Positions 46,909 through 56,887 of a DNA stretch of 64,000 nucleotides are shown one piece after another (within the stretch, counting starts at the first letter, position 1; every line of letters starts with the position of its first letter). The stretch covers positions 1 through 64,000 of the IMG/VR virus record IMGVR_UViG_3300025030_001854; one strand, given 5' to 3'. Both the position numbers and the translations under genes were made by a program. Under the pieces are notes generated by a model. The model made no database searches. It was given only the letters and a program-made list of their open reading frames with translations, and was not told where the DNA came from. This DNA is from a virus.

Positions 46909-46979
46909 TGGTGGCAGGCTGGGGATTCGCACCCCACCGAATTCCTTATGAGAGAACTCTGGCCGCTAGACCGCTTGCC
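46909..46979 (-). tRNA. tRNA-Met or Ile2(CAT), short D arm
   Basis: GTTCT CTCATAA GGAAT. Confidence 0.7.
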
Positions 46980-47098
46980 AAAAATAAGTGTAATATATTG
47001 TGAATTGAGATTTGAAATAGCTATAATTTTTAGCCTCCTTATGTGCCCCTTGGAAGGGAGCTTCTGGTTTCCAGTCTCAATTCACCATAAGGACGGCT

Positions 47099-47626
47099 AT
47101 GATTAATAATATGAAAAAATGTTCTAAATGTCAGCAATTAAAAAATAAATCTTTTTTTTGTAAAAATAAACGAGCAAAAGATGGACTTTTTTCCCACTGT
47201 AGAGACTGCCGAATAATTTATTATAAATCAATAACTACTATTAAAAAAGAAAAAATTAAAATTCGTCATAATATTCGAATGAACGAACGATTTGATAATC
47301 CAATAGAAGTAAGAAAAATTCGTTTAAAAACCTTATTAATTATATCAAGATATAGAGCTAAAAAAAGAAATTTACCATTCGATTTAGATAAAGACTGGCT
47401 AGATAAAAATACCCCCGATACTTGTCCAGCTTTAGGTATTCCTCTTATTTTTAATCCTAGATATGGAAACCATTCTTTTAATTGCCCATCAATAGATAGA
47501 ATAGATAACTCAAAAGGATATACTAAAGATAATTGTGTTGTTGTATCAAAAAAAGCTAATACTATTAAAAATATGTCTACTATATCCGAATTAAAAATGG
47601 TCGCTGATTTTTATTCCAAATTTTGA
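47099..47626 (+). mobile_element. HNH-like endonuclease
   Basis: KKCSKC, CRDC, CPALG, PSIDRIDNSKGYTKDNCVVVS..AN. Confidence 0.75.
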
Positions 47627-48308
47627 AGATTATTTATATCTTTTTCTTAAAAAGTTTAATAGACAACGTTCATCGCAAAAATTATATTGCTTGGTTTCCC
47701 CAGTGTCAATACCTGTTTCTAATGTAGCATCAATAGCTGGATTGGGTTTTTCTCCCTGTTCTTTTGTTTTCTTGGGTTTTGACGAATCAATAGACATTTT
47801 ACATTCGTCGCATTGAATTACCTTTTTCGCTATAACAGAAGGAATATCTAATAACCAAATTCCCTGCTTTTTAAATGTTTCGTCTATTAATGGCATATAT
47901 TGTCTATTACACAAAAAAACGTGTAATTTATATTAACCTTAAAATTTTATGCCAGAAATTACTTTTACAATCACCCAAAATCGTTTTGATAAGATTCAAA
48001 ATGCAATGACATCTTACGCCGAATATAATCCTTTAGACCCAGCGGTAGACGAAAATGACTTTGCCAAAAAGGCTTTTTTGGCTATGCTGCAAGTTTATTT
48101 AAATAGGCATCGCCAAACCCGTATTGAAACGGTTAAAACTCAACTTTCTGAATGCTCAGATGCTACCTGGACTCAAATCACTGGTATTTTAGGATAATAC
48201 CATACTATAACTAACGGGGGGAACATTTAATTTAATGTCCTTTTGCTGGGAAGACGCACATCCAGATAATAAAACAATTACAACTAATAGTATTAATAAT
48301 TTCATATT

Positions 48309-48845
48309 TTAAAATTTAATAAAATAACAAGACTCTATCTCTTCTTTGGTGAGAATTACTATCTTACAAGTTTGGGGCTCGTAAAAGCCTATTTTTACTT
48401 TTTCTTGTTCTCTATATAAAAAAATATTTATAGCATGTCCCTGCAATTCTTTAGTCTCATAAAGAAACTCCCCAAAAGATAAAGCCGTATTTTTTAATTT
48501 ATTAGGAGTATTATGGTGAAGATATTGGGCAAAAAAAGCAGAAAATCTTGCGAAATCATCACAATCATTTTCTTCAGCAGTCCAATTAGAACTTGCTAAT
48601 TGTTGTTTAAAACTAAAAAATGAGTCAGAAAAAGCTCCAGCCACCCAATTTTTACTTGGAACAGCGTAATTTCTGTCAGAATACATTGATAGAGAAGGAA
48701 TAATACCATTAGTGGCAAGATGAATTCTAATTTCTTGTCCAGTCATCTTAAACGTCGAAACTGGATGATTATCTTGTTTTGAACAACCAAATAGTAATAA
48801 AACACTTAAAATTATAACCGCTAATATACTCTTACCGATATTCAT
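48309..48845 (-). CDS. Lipoprotein with papain/transglutaminase-like domain
   Basis: Lipobox LLFG-C; NDCDDFA, GHAIN, YEPQ suggest a Cys-His-Glu triad. Confidence 0.6.
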   Translation of the reverse strand: MNIGKSILAVIILSVLLLFGCSKQDNHPVSTFKMTGQEIRIHLATNGIIPSLSMYSDRNYAVPSKNWVAGAFSDSFFSFKQQLASSNWTAEENDCDDFARFSAFFAQYLHHNTPNKLKNTALSFGEFLYETKELQGHAINIFLYREQEKVKIGFYEPQTCKIVILTKEEIESCYFIKF

Positions 48846-49105
48846 GACTATATTTACACAAAAAAGCCAGCTAAAAAGCTGGCTCGTGTTTAATATTCAA
48901 ACTTAATTTTCAGGTTTTATCCCCCAGTTCGTTTTGAGAAGTTCATTTTCAATTACTTGGAAATCCAATGTCTCTCCACCAACTAGCATTGGATGAATGT
49001 AAATGTTTGGATGACCATTTTCATCTATATGAGAAACCCTAATGGAATGGTCTATTACATTATTTTTGTAATTTATTTTTAAATAATCTTCGAGGTTCAT
49101 AAAAA

Positions 49106-50110
49106 TTATTTTAATACAATAAGTAAAGTTCCTGGCACAAGATTTCTGTTCACAGAAGTACTTTGTATAAAGATATTATACTTATCATGACTTGCTGGCG
49201 AGACTTTAACCTCGTAGTCTGGTAAACCAAGAAGTTGCCGAGCGTTAGCTCCAGAATAGACTTTACCAGTTGTCTTTTCCTGAACTAGAATTTGTTTATA
49301 ATTTTGAACGCTTTCAGGTTTAGTAAGCTGAAAATAAGCAGAACCCTTTCGATAGGGTCGAGAAGTCCAACTTTCTACAAACGGCTGAATAACCGCTTTC
49401 CTCTGAACAGGGAAAACCTCAAAATCATTTATAGGTAATTCATCGAGAGTCACTTTTACAGCTTTCGTATTTAAAGTATTAGTATTTAATTGGAAAAGAC
49501 TCTTTGTGGAACGAATACCTTGGGAACGACCCAACATATAATTATCAGTTGCAGTCCTAATAACTTCTCCTACTTTAGTAACTCCATCAGAAGTAGTAGA
49601 CCAAATTTGAGTGTTCTCCAATGGGAATCCATAAGAAGTAGCATATCTTCGTCCCGAAGGGTCAGGAACTAAACACGCGAAAGTCCAATTATCCTTAGAC
49701 GTTTCAATCATTAATTTAAGCTTTTCGGGAGAATTTTTGCTACTATTTTCTTGACCATCAGTTAAAACATAAACTAAAAATGCATGGTCGGCATAGATTT
49801 CAGGAGTAAGACTTAAATCATCTGAAGCTTTAATTGTGGCATCAATAAGCGCCGTATTACCTGTTGCCAAATAATGCTTGGCGATACTTGGTAATCTCAT
49901 AACATCCATGTCATAAAGAAGGCAAGTGATGTCCTGATTAAACAAATAAACAGAAACTCTCGTTTCCTGATTCATCTCTTTGGAACGAGTCGCAAGGTGA
50001 GAAATTTGTTCATCGAATACCTTAACTACTTCACGAGAAAGTCCTCTCATAGAACCACTCTTATCAATGACAAATACAATATGATTAATATAATTTTGAA
50101 TTAAACTCAT
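49106..50110 (-). CDS. vWA domain protein
   Basis: MIDAS DKSGSM, TALIDA, LTDGQEN. Confidence 0.85.
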   Translation of the reverse strand: MSLIQNYINHIVFVIDKSGSMRGLSREVVKVFDEQISHLATRSKEMNQETRVSVYLFNQDITCLLYDMDVMRLPSIAKHYLATGNTALIDATIKASDDLSLTPEIYADHAFLVYVLTDGQENSSKNSPEKLKLMIETSKDNWTFACLVPDPSGRRYATSYGFPLENTQIWSTTSDGVTKVGEVIRTATDNYMLGRSQGIRSTKSLFQLNTNTLNTKAVKVTLDELPINDFEVFPVQRKAVIQPFVESWTSRPYRKGSAYFQLTKPESVQNYKQILVQEKTTGKVYSGANARQLLGLPDYEVKVSPASHDKYNIFIQSTSVNRNLVPGTLLIVLK

Positions 50111-50163
50111 GACTTATGATATGTAAAATTTTCCAAAAAATCAAGTAAAATTTTCCAAAAAAT

Positions 50164-50238
50164 TGGTGGGTTGACGGGGAATCGCACCCCGTTCCGAGAC
50201 TTTAAGAGAGTCCGCTTCACTATCAAAGTTTTCAACCC
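50164..50238 (-). tRNA. tRNA-Lys(CTT)
   Basis: GGACT CTCTTAA AGTCT. Confidence 0.8.
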
Positions 50239-50310
50239 ATAATTACTAAAAAGGTGGCCGGGCTAGCTCGTCATTATTACAGACGCCGACCATAAATTAA
50301 TTTTAATAAA

Positions 50311-50496
50311 TTGCGGGTGAGATTTTACTCACAACAGTTTTCAGGGCTGGTTAGGCTATATACTGCACCCAAACAGTTACGTCACACAATTCATAAAACC
50401 ATTCCTCATAACCAATTAAGGAACACGTTTGTATGCACCATGGCTCTCTTTCAGACCATGCCATAACTATCTGTCCATCTAATTCTGGCACCGCAA
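50311..50496 (-). ncRNA. About 185-nt tRNA-like structured RNA, possibly manA-class
   Basis: TTGCGG/CCGCAA ends, terminal GTGAG TAAAAT CTCAC arm, CATGGTC/GCCATG and TTCCT/AGGAA hairpins. Confidence 0.55.
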
Positions 50497-50801
50497 AATT
50501 ATTTAATCCAATAATTAAAAATCTTTATCTACGACAGCAATCTTTAGTTTATTGCCAGTAGCCATTTTCACTAAATCATTAACGGTCTTTAATAAATTAT
50601 TTAAATCTTTATCGTCTTTAATTAGCTGGGTCACCCAACCCTCTCCGGTTGGTAACTCGCACCATACAAAACAAGCCCCTTTTTGTTCTCCAGCAAACTT
50701 TAAGATTCCACTTTTCTCTATTAATTCAATCATTTCTGATTGGACATCTGGAAGTTTATCTGTGTTAACTAATTTTTTGTCGATGGTTGTGATTTTCATA
50801 A

Positions 50802-50987
50802 TTAAATATGAATACTATTTAAATAAGACCAAAGCCCACTTACCTTAATTAGCCACAGAACTAGCAAAACAACAGTCGCTATATTAAGGATTTTCTTAAT
50901 CTTTCCGTCCATTGGAACATACAAATTAATTGCATACAGGGCCATTCCAATCAAAACTATAACCAACATAACTATAAATAATGACAT
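50802..50987 (-). CDS. Small two-TM membrane protein (Thivi_2564-like)
   Basis: IN.YVPMDGKIKKILNI..VV..VLWL motif between two TM helices. Confidence 0.6.
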   Translation of the reverse strand: MSLFIVMLVIVLIGMALYAINLYVPMDGKIKKILNIATVVLLVLWLIKVSGLWSYLNSIHI

Positions 50988-50991
50988 AAAT

Positions 50992-51065
50992 TGGTGGGAC
51001 TCCACGGTATCTCGCCGTGTTCTCAAGGTTAAAAGCCTTTTGCATCAATTTAATGCTTGAATCCC
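50992..51065 (-). tRNA. tRNA-Lys(TTT) copy 1
   Basis: AAGG CTTTTAA CCTT. Confidence 0.75.
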
Positions 51066-51112
51066 ATTTTGTTTTAATCTCTCTTGTGTAGATTAAAAGT
51101 GTAAACACATAT

Positions 51113-51580
51113 ATGAAAGAACAAATTCTTAAACTCAGAGCTGAAGGTAAATCTTACGACCAAATTGTTTCGTTACTTGGATGTTCTTCTGCTACTGTTT
51201 GGTATCATTGTAACCCAACCGCAAAAAAAGAACGAGCCCGCCTCAATAGATTAAAAGATAAACTTTGGCATAAAAAAATTAAAATTATTTTTGGTGGTAA
51301 ATGTCAATCTTGCGGTTATCATCGCTGTCTTTCCGCTTTAGATTTCCATCACTATAATAACGATAAAACATATTCGGTCATGAATATTATTCGTATTTCA
51401 AAAGGTAAAGCAATACAAGAAGCAATGAAATGTATTCTTCTTTGTTCTAATTGTCATCGAGAAGTTCATAATAAAATGTTAGATATTAGTCATTTAGTCC
51501 CAAACATTCCTACTCAAGGACTTGGGAAAAGCGGACGACCATCAAAACTTATAGTAATGGCTAAAACCTTCAACCCATAA
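51113..51580 (+). mobile_element. HTH-HNH endonuclease
   Basis: N-terminal HTH; CQSCG, LDFHH, LCSNCHREVH. Confidence 0.8.
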
Positions 51581-51815
51581 CTAATTTTTTTTCTTAGGAC
51601 CGCCATGCCTATAACAAGCTAATCCTGAGCAATATCCTGGCCACCATTTTCCATTAATAAATTCAACATAACGCATTTGGTCCTTTTCTTGAGGTCCATA
51701 AGCTTCTTCGTCGCAAAATCCATCGGGAAGACCGCCACTCCACATTGGGACAGAACAACGTCCTTTTCCTTCTGAATCTAATTCTTGATGATGTTTTGAA
51801 AGAGATGCCATAATT

Positions 51816-51889
51816 TGGTGGGCCTCCACGGTATCTCGCCGTGTTCAATTGGTTAAAAGCCAATTGCATCAATTTAATGCTTGAAGCCC
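51816..51889 (-). tRNA. tRNA-Lys(TTT) copy 2
   Basis: TTGG CTTTTAA CCAA; D and T arms match copy 1. Confidence 0.75.
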
Positions 51890-52155
51890 ATATATAACAG
51901 TATTTTCTTAAATTTTAAATTAAGAATTGTTCTAAATTGGAGCCGCAGTAGGATAACGCTTCCTATCATTAAATTTACAAAATTCAATACCCTCTTAGGG
52001 ACAGCGGCATTAAAAGGGTCATGAAACATGACCCAGTATTCTCTACGTCCAAGTCTTATCACGCATTTGTCCACGTTTCGAACCGTATCGTAACAGAGGA
52101 GAACATCGACTTGGTTATACTATCTCAAAAATTTGTGGACTTGTCAAACAAAAAA

Positions 52156-52232
52156 TGGTGCGCCGTGAGAATTCTGCCATCTCGTTATTTTTGCTTGGAA
52201 GGCAAATGCCATAGCTTCTAGGCGAACGACGC
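52156..52232 (-). tRNA. tRNA-Gly(TCC)
   Basis: TTTGC CTTCCAA GCAAA. Confidence 0.8.
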
Positions 52233-52251
52233 ATTAATTAATTTAAATTAG

Positions 52252-52323
52252 CTCCCTCTGATGGTAACGCTCCACCCTTTTCTGATTCAGAGTCAGTTGT
52301 AATAACTAATATACTAAGAGGGA
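52252..52323 (-). tRNA. tRNA-Gln(CTG)
   Basis: CTGA CTCTGAA TCAG, U1-A72, G73. Confidence 0.75.
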
Positions 52324-52971
52324 ATGAATCTGTTTTTTTATAATTGGGCTATGCCATCAAAAGTAATCCAAGGAACATAAGAATTTCCGGTTTCTGTATT
52401 ATTAACAGGCAAGTTCGCATATGTAGATTTACTTCCAAATTTTTGGAATCCTCCGCGATAAGCTGCCCCGCTATTTCCACTATTTGTTAATCTATATAAT
52501 CCGACTTCTACCACGAGAAGGTCGTAATTATCAAATTCAAAATAAGCACAATTACCAGAAAATGTTCTATTTTGTAATATTCCATAAGAAGTATTTTCAT
52601 ATTCTGAACCTACTGCTCCAGAAAACACAGTTTGTTTTAAACTTCCAGAAGGAGAATGAATAGAAATAGTAAGCGAAGTTTTATAATCACCAGCCGTCGA
52701 ATCTTCTCGGCCTTGAATTTGACCTCGAAATAATCCATTAATTGCTGCTGTTCCCATATTTAGCTGGGCAACATACTGTCTATTTAAAAAATTGAAAACT
52801 CCGGTATTAGGGAAATTTTTGTAAATTTCTTTAACAGAAGGAACTCCAGTTTCCGTCTTTGAACTACTTAAAACTTTTCTATCTCCAGATGTGGTAGCTG
52901 TCCAATAAGTAGAAAATGATGGCGAGGCAACAATGCCTGTTGATTGAGAAAAATAAAATGTATTACTCATA

Positions 52972-53172
52972 TTAAGTATTACACTTATTCTTTCTCCATT
53001 TTCTCCATTCTACCAATAATAAAACAATAATTAAAGGAATTAAAATAAATACCCCACCAACTTCGGGAATAATTGGATAATGGGGATTATGAATATTGGA
53101 ATGACCATGAGGGTTTCCGTAATGATTTCCATTATTATAAATTGTTCCATAGGTGAGGCTGTTTGTTTCCAT
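52972..53172 (-). CDS. Small protein with PEP-CTERM-like sorting signal
   Basis: PIIPEVGG followed by TM helix and basic WRKWRK. Confidence 0.5.
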   Translation of the reverse strand: METNSLTYGTIYNNGNHYGNPHGHSNIHNPHYPIIPEVGGVFILIPLIIVLLLVEWRKWRKNKCNT

Positions 53173-53198
53173 AACATCAGGTGTTTTGAGATATAAAA

Positions 53199-53272
53199 TG
53201 GTAGGCCGTACTTGTTACGCTCAAGTGAAAAAATCTCATCAGGATTCTATTTTACTATTAAATTAACGGCCC
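53199..53272 (-). tRNA. tRNA-Ile(GAT)
   Basis: GAATC CTGATGA GATTT. Confidence 0.75.
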
Positions 53273-53331
53273 ATTAAAAGTCAGCTATGAGAACGCGATT
53301 CTCTTATAGTGGTAGTTGACGAGTCCACAAA

Positions 53332-53423
53332 TGGTAGCTCCATGCCGAATCTCACGGCCCAGCACCCCAGTCCGGGGATTATATTCGTTATAAGCGAACC
53401 CATGCAATTTACATCTTGGAGCC
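53332..53423 (-). tRNA. tRNA-Ile(TAT) with long variable arm
   Basis: GTTCG CTTATAA CGAAT, variable hairpin CCCC/GGGG. Confidence 0.7.
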
Positions 53424-53436
53424 ATTACTAATTAAA

Positions 53437-53512
53437 TGGTCCCATTCCATCGTACTGCCCGATGACTTTCTGTGCTTCAAACAGACGTGCAGACTATCTA
53501 CACCAGAATGGG
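53437..53512 (-). tRNA. tRNA-Phe(GAA)
   Basis: TCTGT TTGAAGC ACAGA. Confidence 0.75.
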
Positions 53513-53514
53513 AT

Positions 53515-54099
53515 TTAAAAATGTTTTTGACTATGACAATTGGGACACAAATACATTAAATTGTTAATTAAATTATTTTTTTTATTTTCGTCTATGTGAT
53601 GAATTTGTAATTGAATTGGATTATTTTTCCAAGAATCAATACTACATTCAAAACATTTATAAGGAACATTATGAATATTCATATGCTTTTTAAGAGATTT
53701 TCTTGTTAATCTTTCCTGTCTAAGTATTGTTTTTTGATTTGTTAGTTGTGCGGTTTTTAAACCTCCGCGTTTTCTCCCATTATCACGACCAATAGAAACA
53801 TCAACATTTAACTTTAATAATCTTTTTTTATAATGATACCATGCTCCACCACTCATTCCGACGCCTAAATATAATAAAAATTGATTAATTGAATCACTCT
53901 CCCTCCAAACCTCTAACAACTTTTCATCCGAAAATTTAAAACGATTCTTTAAATATATATTTGGTTTCGTTTTTAAATTTAATTTTTTTAACCGATAACG
54001 TATTCCAGTTTCACTTAATCCCACATTGGAACTTAATTCTTTAATTGTTAAACCCTGGTCAATTAAATCTTCCAAAAACTTTCTTTCTAATATTTTCAT
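53515..54099 (-). mobile_element. HTH-HNH endonuclease
   Basis: CFEC, LQIHHID, N...NLMYLCPNCHSQ. Confidence 0.85.
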
Positions 54100-54166
54100 A
54101 TCTCATATTACACCGAAACAGTGAATGTGAGAACAATAAATATCTCGCTATACTCAAAAAACTAAA

Positions 54167-54240
54167 TGGTCGGTCATGTCGTAATCCCAACGACCCCTTA
54201 TGCTCCCAAAGCACATGTGCTTGTTCAACACTTATGACCG
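54167..54240 (-). tRNA. tRNA-Pro(TGG)
   Basis: C1-G72, TGTGC TTTGGGA GCATA. Confidence 0.75.
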
Positions 54241-54243
54241 ATA

Positions 54244-54317
54244 TGGTGAGGCGTAACGGTAACTCTCCGCTTTAGCTAGTTTGTAATACTAGTGCATTAA
54301 TTTTATGCTAACACCCC
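54244..54317 (-). tRNA. tRNA-Val(TAC)
   Basis: CTAGT ATTACAA ACTAG. Confidence 0.75.
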
Positions 54318-54320
54318 AAT

Positions 54321-54449
54321 TTTTCAGAGAACAGACAACAACAGCTTTTTTAACGTGCTACTATTACACCAACGACTTTCGTCGCCTTGGATTTGCACCA
54401 AAACCTTTCGTTTGATAGACGATGAAACTGTTATTTACACTACTGAAAA
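54321..54449 (-). ncRNA. YrlA-like Y RNA (permuted tRNA-like domain)
   Basis: CAGTAGTG...TGTTCTCTG end stem; T arm TTGG TGCAAAT CCAA, closed acceptor CGAC GAAA GTCG, then D arm GGTGTAATAGTAGCAC. Confidence 0.75.
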
Positions 54450-54523
54450 TGGTGAACGTTGAGAGAATCGCACTCCCGTCTCGGATATGTCGCACCCGCG
54501 CTTTTCTTTTAAACTAAACGTCC
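54450..54523 (-). tRNA. tRNA-Val(GAC)
   Basis: CGGGT GCGACAT ATCCG. Confidence 0.75.
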
Positions 54524-54826
54524 AATTCTAAATTTTGTAAATAAGAATATTCGCAATGAGCTAATAAGGCTTCAAATAATTCTTCGTCTGTTACGTCTGA
54601 CAAATTTGTTTCTTCTTTATTCATAATTAAGCAAACCTTCCATTCTTACAAATATACTCATACATACTACAATCCGCCCCGCAACCTAACTCGAAACAAA
54701 ACCTAAACCCGACATGTAATACTTTATGCTTTGTTTTCATCCATGTCAAGCCGTTATTTTTCCATGGCTTTCCTATAAATTCAAGATTTTTATATTTATT
54801 TTTAATATCTTGAGAAACGTAAATAT

Positions 54827-55069
54827 TCATTGGTCAACTTTTCTGTAATTCTTTTGCCATAAACCTCTTGTAATAAGATTCGCGGCCTTAATAACTTCTT
54901 TTTCAGACATTTCATGAAATGCCTCATGAATAAGCTCATGGACTAAAGTATTTAAATAAGCTTTGGGTTTTTGTCTTGGGTCAATTTCTATTAAATTATC
55001 GCCCTGATAACACATTCCCCAGGCTTTGTTTCGGCCTAATTTTTTATCTATGATTTTAAGTTTGGCCAT
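54827..55069 (-). CDS. Small HEXXH zincin-like protein
   Basis: TLVHELIH motif. Confidence 0.55.
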   Translation of the reverse strand: MAKLKIIDKKLGRNKAWGMCYQGDNLIEIDPRQKPKAYLNTLVHELIHEAFHEMSEKEVIKAANLITRGLWQKNYRKVDQ

Positions 55070-55203
55070 GACTTAAATTACACTAATAACTAGAGACGAT
55101 TCCCGATTCTCCACGTCTCACTTTCCTTCGGAAATATTTTATTTTCCCGCCTACTCGGAACATACTAATTTATTTATCGTATCTTTTATATGATAGTTAA
55201 AAA

Positions 55204-55278
55204 TGGTGACGGTGACAGGAATTGCACCCGCACTTGTTGGTGTCTAAAACCAATGCCTCTGCGTTGGGCTACACCGCC
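55204..55278 (-). tRNA. tRNA-Leu(TAG), short variable arm
   Basis: TTGGT TTTAGAC ACCAA. Confidence 0.75.
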
Positions 55279-55285
55279 AATAAAA

Positions 55286-55368
55286 TTACAGAGAACATAC
55301 AAATAAAGGTTTGCTTGTTGGCAGGCTTGGAGCCTAGTAGAAGTATCTTTATTTTATCGCTACTGTAA
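55286..55368 (-). ncRNA. Y RNA-like
   Basis: ACAGTAGCG...TACTTC...TGTTCTCTGT shared end-stem motif. Confidence 0.65.
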
Positions 55369-55369
55369 A

Positions 55370-55452
55370 TGGTAGCCAAGACGGGACTTGCACCCGTAAA
55401 ATTACGAAATTTTAAGTTTCGTTGCTGTGCTGTTCGCATTAATCACTTGGCC
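55370..55452 (-). tRNA. tRNA-Leu(TAA), enlarged D loop
   Basis: CGAAA CTTAAAA TTTCG. Confidence 0.7.
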
Positions 55453-55933
55453 GTTTTTTATTTTTACTTTTATATGTAGATGTCTGCGCGTGACAATTTG
55501 GACATAAAATTTGTAGATTCTCTAAACGATTATCTGTTTTTATTCCATTAATATGATGCAATTCTAAGGGAATTTTCTGATTTTGCCACTCTCTTATTTG
55601 ACATATTTCACATTCATACTTTTTTAATTTTCTATCAAAAAGTCTATTTTTTAAATTATGAGAGGTTGTTTTAGATGGACAATTATCGGTTAACCAATAT
55701 TCAATTGGTTTCCAATTAGATGTTTGTTTCCCTCTTAATAATTTATTGTAAGACCGACCAACCCAATGAGAAACATCAAAATTATATTTTTGAACAATTT
55801 TAACAATTATTTTAAATTGACTAGAAGATTTCCCTGTCTGACCTAGTGATAACAATACCATTTTTATTGTAATATTATTTTTATCATTTATAGCTTTTAC
55901 AGCTTCTTCGTCAGTAAATTTTCTAGCACTCAT
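55439..55933 (-). mobile_element. HNH endonuclease overlapping tRNA-Leu(TAA)
   Basis: CEIC, LELHHING..DNRLENLQILCPNCHAQT. Confidence 0.85.
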
Positions 55934-55974
55934 ATATGTATAGATATACACACGTCTATGCTTATAGAGAAATA

Positions 55975-56081
55975 TTAATAGAACAAGCAATAAGAACGGC
56001 ACAATGCCAGTTTTCCCAATTACTAATTTGGCGGGAAAATTCGATTATGAGTCGAAGTATTTCTTATTTATCACTAATTAA
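55975..56081 (-). ncRNA. Y RNA-like
   Basis: TAGTGATA...TACTTC GACTCATAATC...TTTTCCC/GGGAAAA...TGTTCT. Confidence 0.6.
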
Positions 56082-56083
56082 AT

Positions 56084-56158
56084 CGGGCGAACAACGAGGT
56101 TTGCACTCGCATAATCTTGATTCACAATCAAGGACATTAACGTTATGCTATATTCGCC
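56084..56158 (-). tRNA. tRNA-His(GTG)
   Basis: G-1:C73, CTTGA TTGTGAA TCAAG. Confidence 0.8.
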
Positions 56159-56164
56159 ATAAAA

Positions 56165-56293
56165 TGGTAGCCTGCCAGGAATCGAACCTAGTTTTAAATT
56201 ACTTTATCAACGTAGGCTTACTATAGATATCTTACATCTCAATTTCATTATTGTTGGTTATCTGACTTCCACAGAATACCCTCGTATCAGGCC
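56165..56293 (-). ncRNA. 129-nt tRNA-like RNA
   Basis: GGCCTG/CAGGCT-ACCA, T arm CTAGG TTCGATT CCTGG, no recognisable anticodon arm. Confidence 0.6.
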
Positions 56294-56463
56294 ATAAAAT
56301 TAAAAAGCGGGCTTGCTCTCCAGCTTGCCCGCTGGGGGTGTAGGCTAATGGTTTAGCTTATTCCCTCCACCACTTATACAATTTCACAACATTTCGACCA
56401 CCGTCCGAAAATTCTCCCCTTCAATGAAGTCGGCTAGTAGTTGTGCTGGGTTTGCAGGTATAA

Positions 56464-56539
56464 TGGCCCTCTATGCGAGACTCGCACTCGCTACATATCT
56501 TAGACAGAGATATATGATAAACTCATTCAACAATAGAGG
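56464..56539 (-). tRNA. tRNA-Asp(GTC)
   Basis: TATCT CTGTCTA AGATA, G73. Confidence 0.75.
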
Positions 56540-56615
56540 ATGTGCCTTGTTTTATTTTTATGAGAGCAATGGACATTCTTTATTACCCATCCTGACAAGG
56601 CGGAACTCTCGGGTA

Positions 56616-56692
56616 TGGCGAACATAGAGGGACTCGCACCCACAATCTTTGCCTTCGCAGGGCAATGCTTTATCTAATTTAGCTATATGTTC
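56616..56692 (-). tRNA. tRNA-Arg(GCG)
   Basis: TTGCC CTGCGAA GGCAA. Confidence 0.8.
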
Positions 56693-56697
56693 AAATT

Positions 56698-56886
56698 TTT
56701 ACGGAACAATTAGACTCAGTTTTGTCTGTGCTTTTCATCCAGACTTGCCATTATTTTGTTTCTTAAACAATTTTTAAGAACGTCCATTTTTGCGTTTTTG
56801 GCGCTATGTTTATACGTCCAATATGACTTGAAAGCCATATTATTTTTTTCATTGATAAAGATGAAACTGATTCTATCACCAGTAAA
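56698..56886 (-). ncRNA. Long Y RNA-like
   Basis: TACTGGTGATAG...TTTCATC...TGTTCCGTA end stem enclosing about 130 nt. Confidence 0.55.
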
Positions 56887-56887
56887 A

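Noticed and set aside
56029-56057. Additional tRNA-Met from the CTCATAA hairpin and TTTTCCCGCCA
   Set aside because: Acceptor partner lies 3-prime of it and both are enclosed by the Y RNA stem
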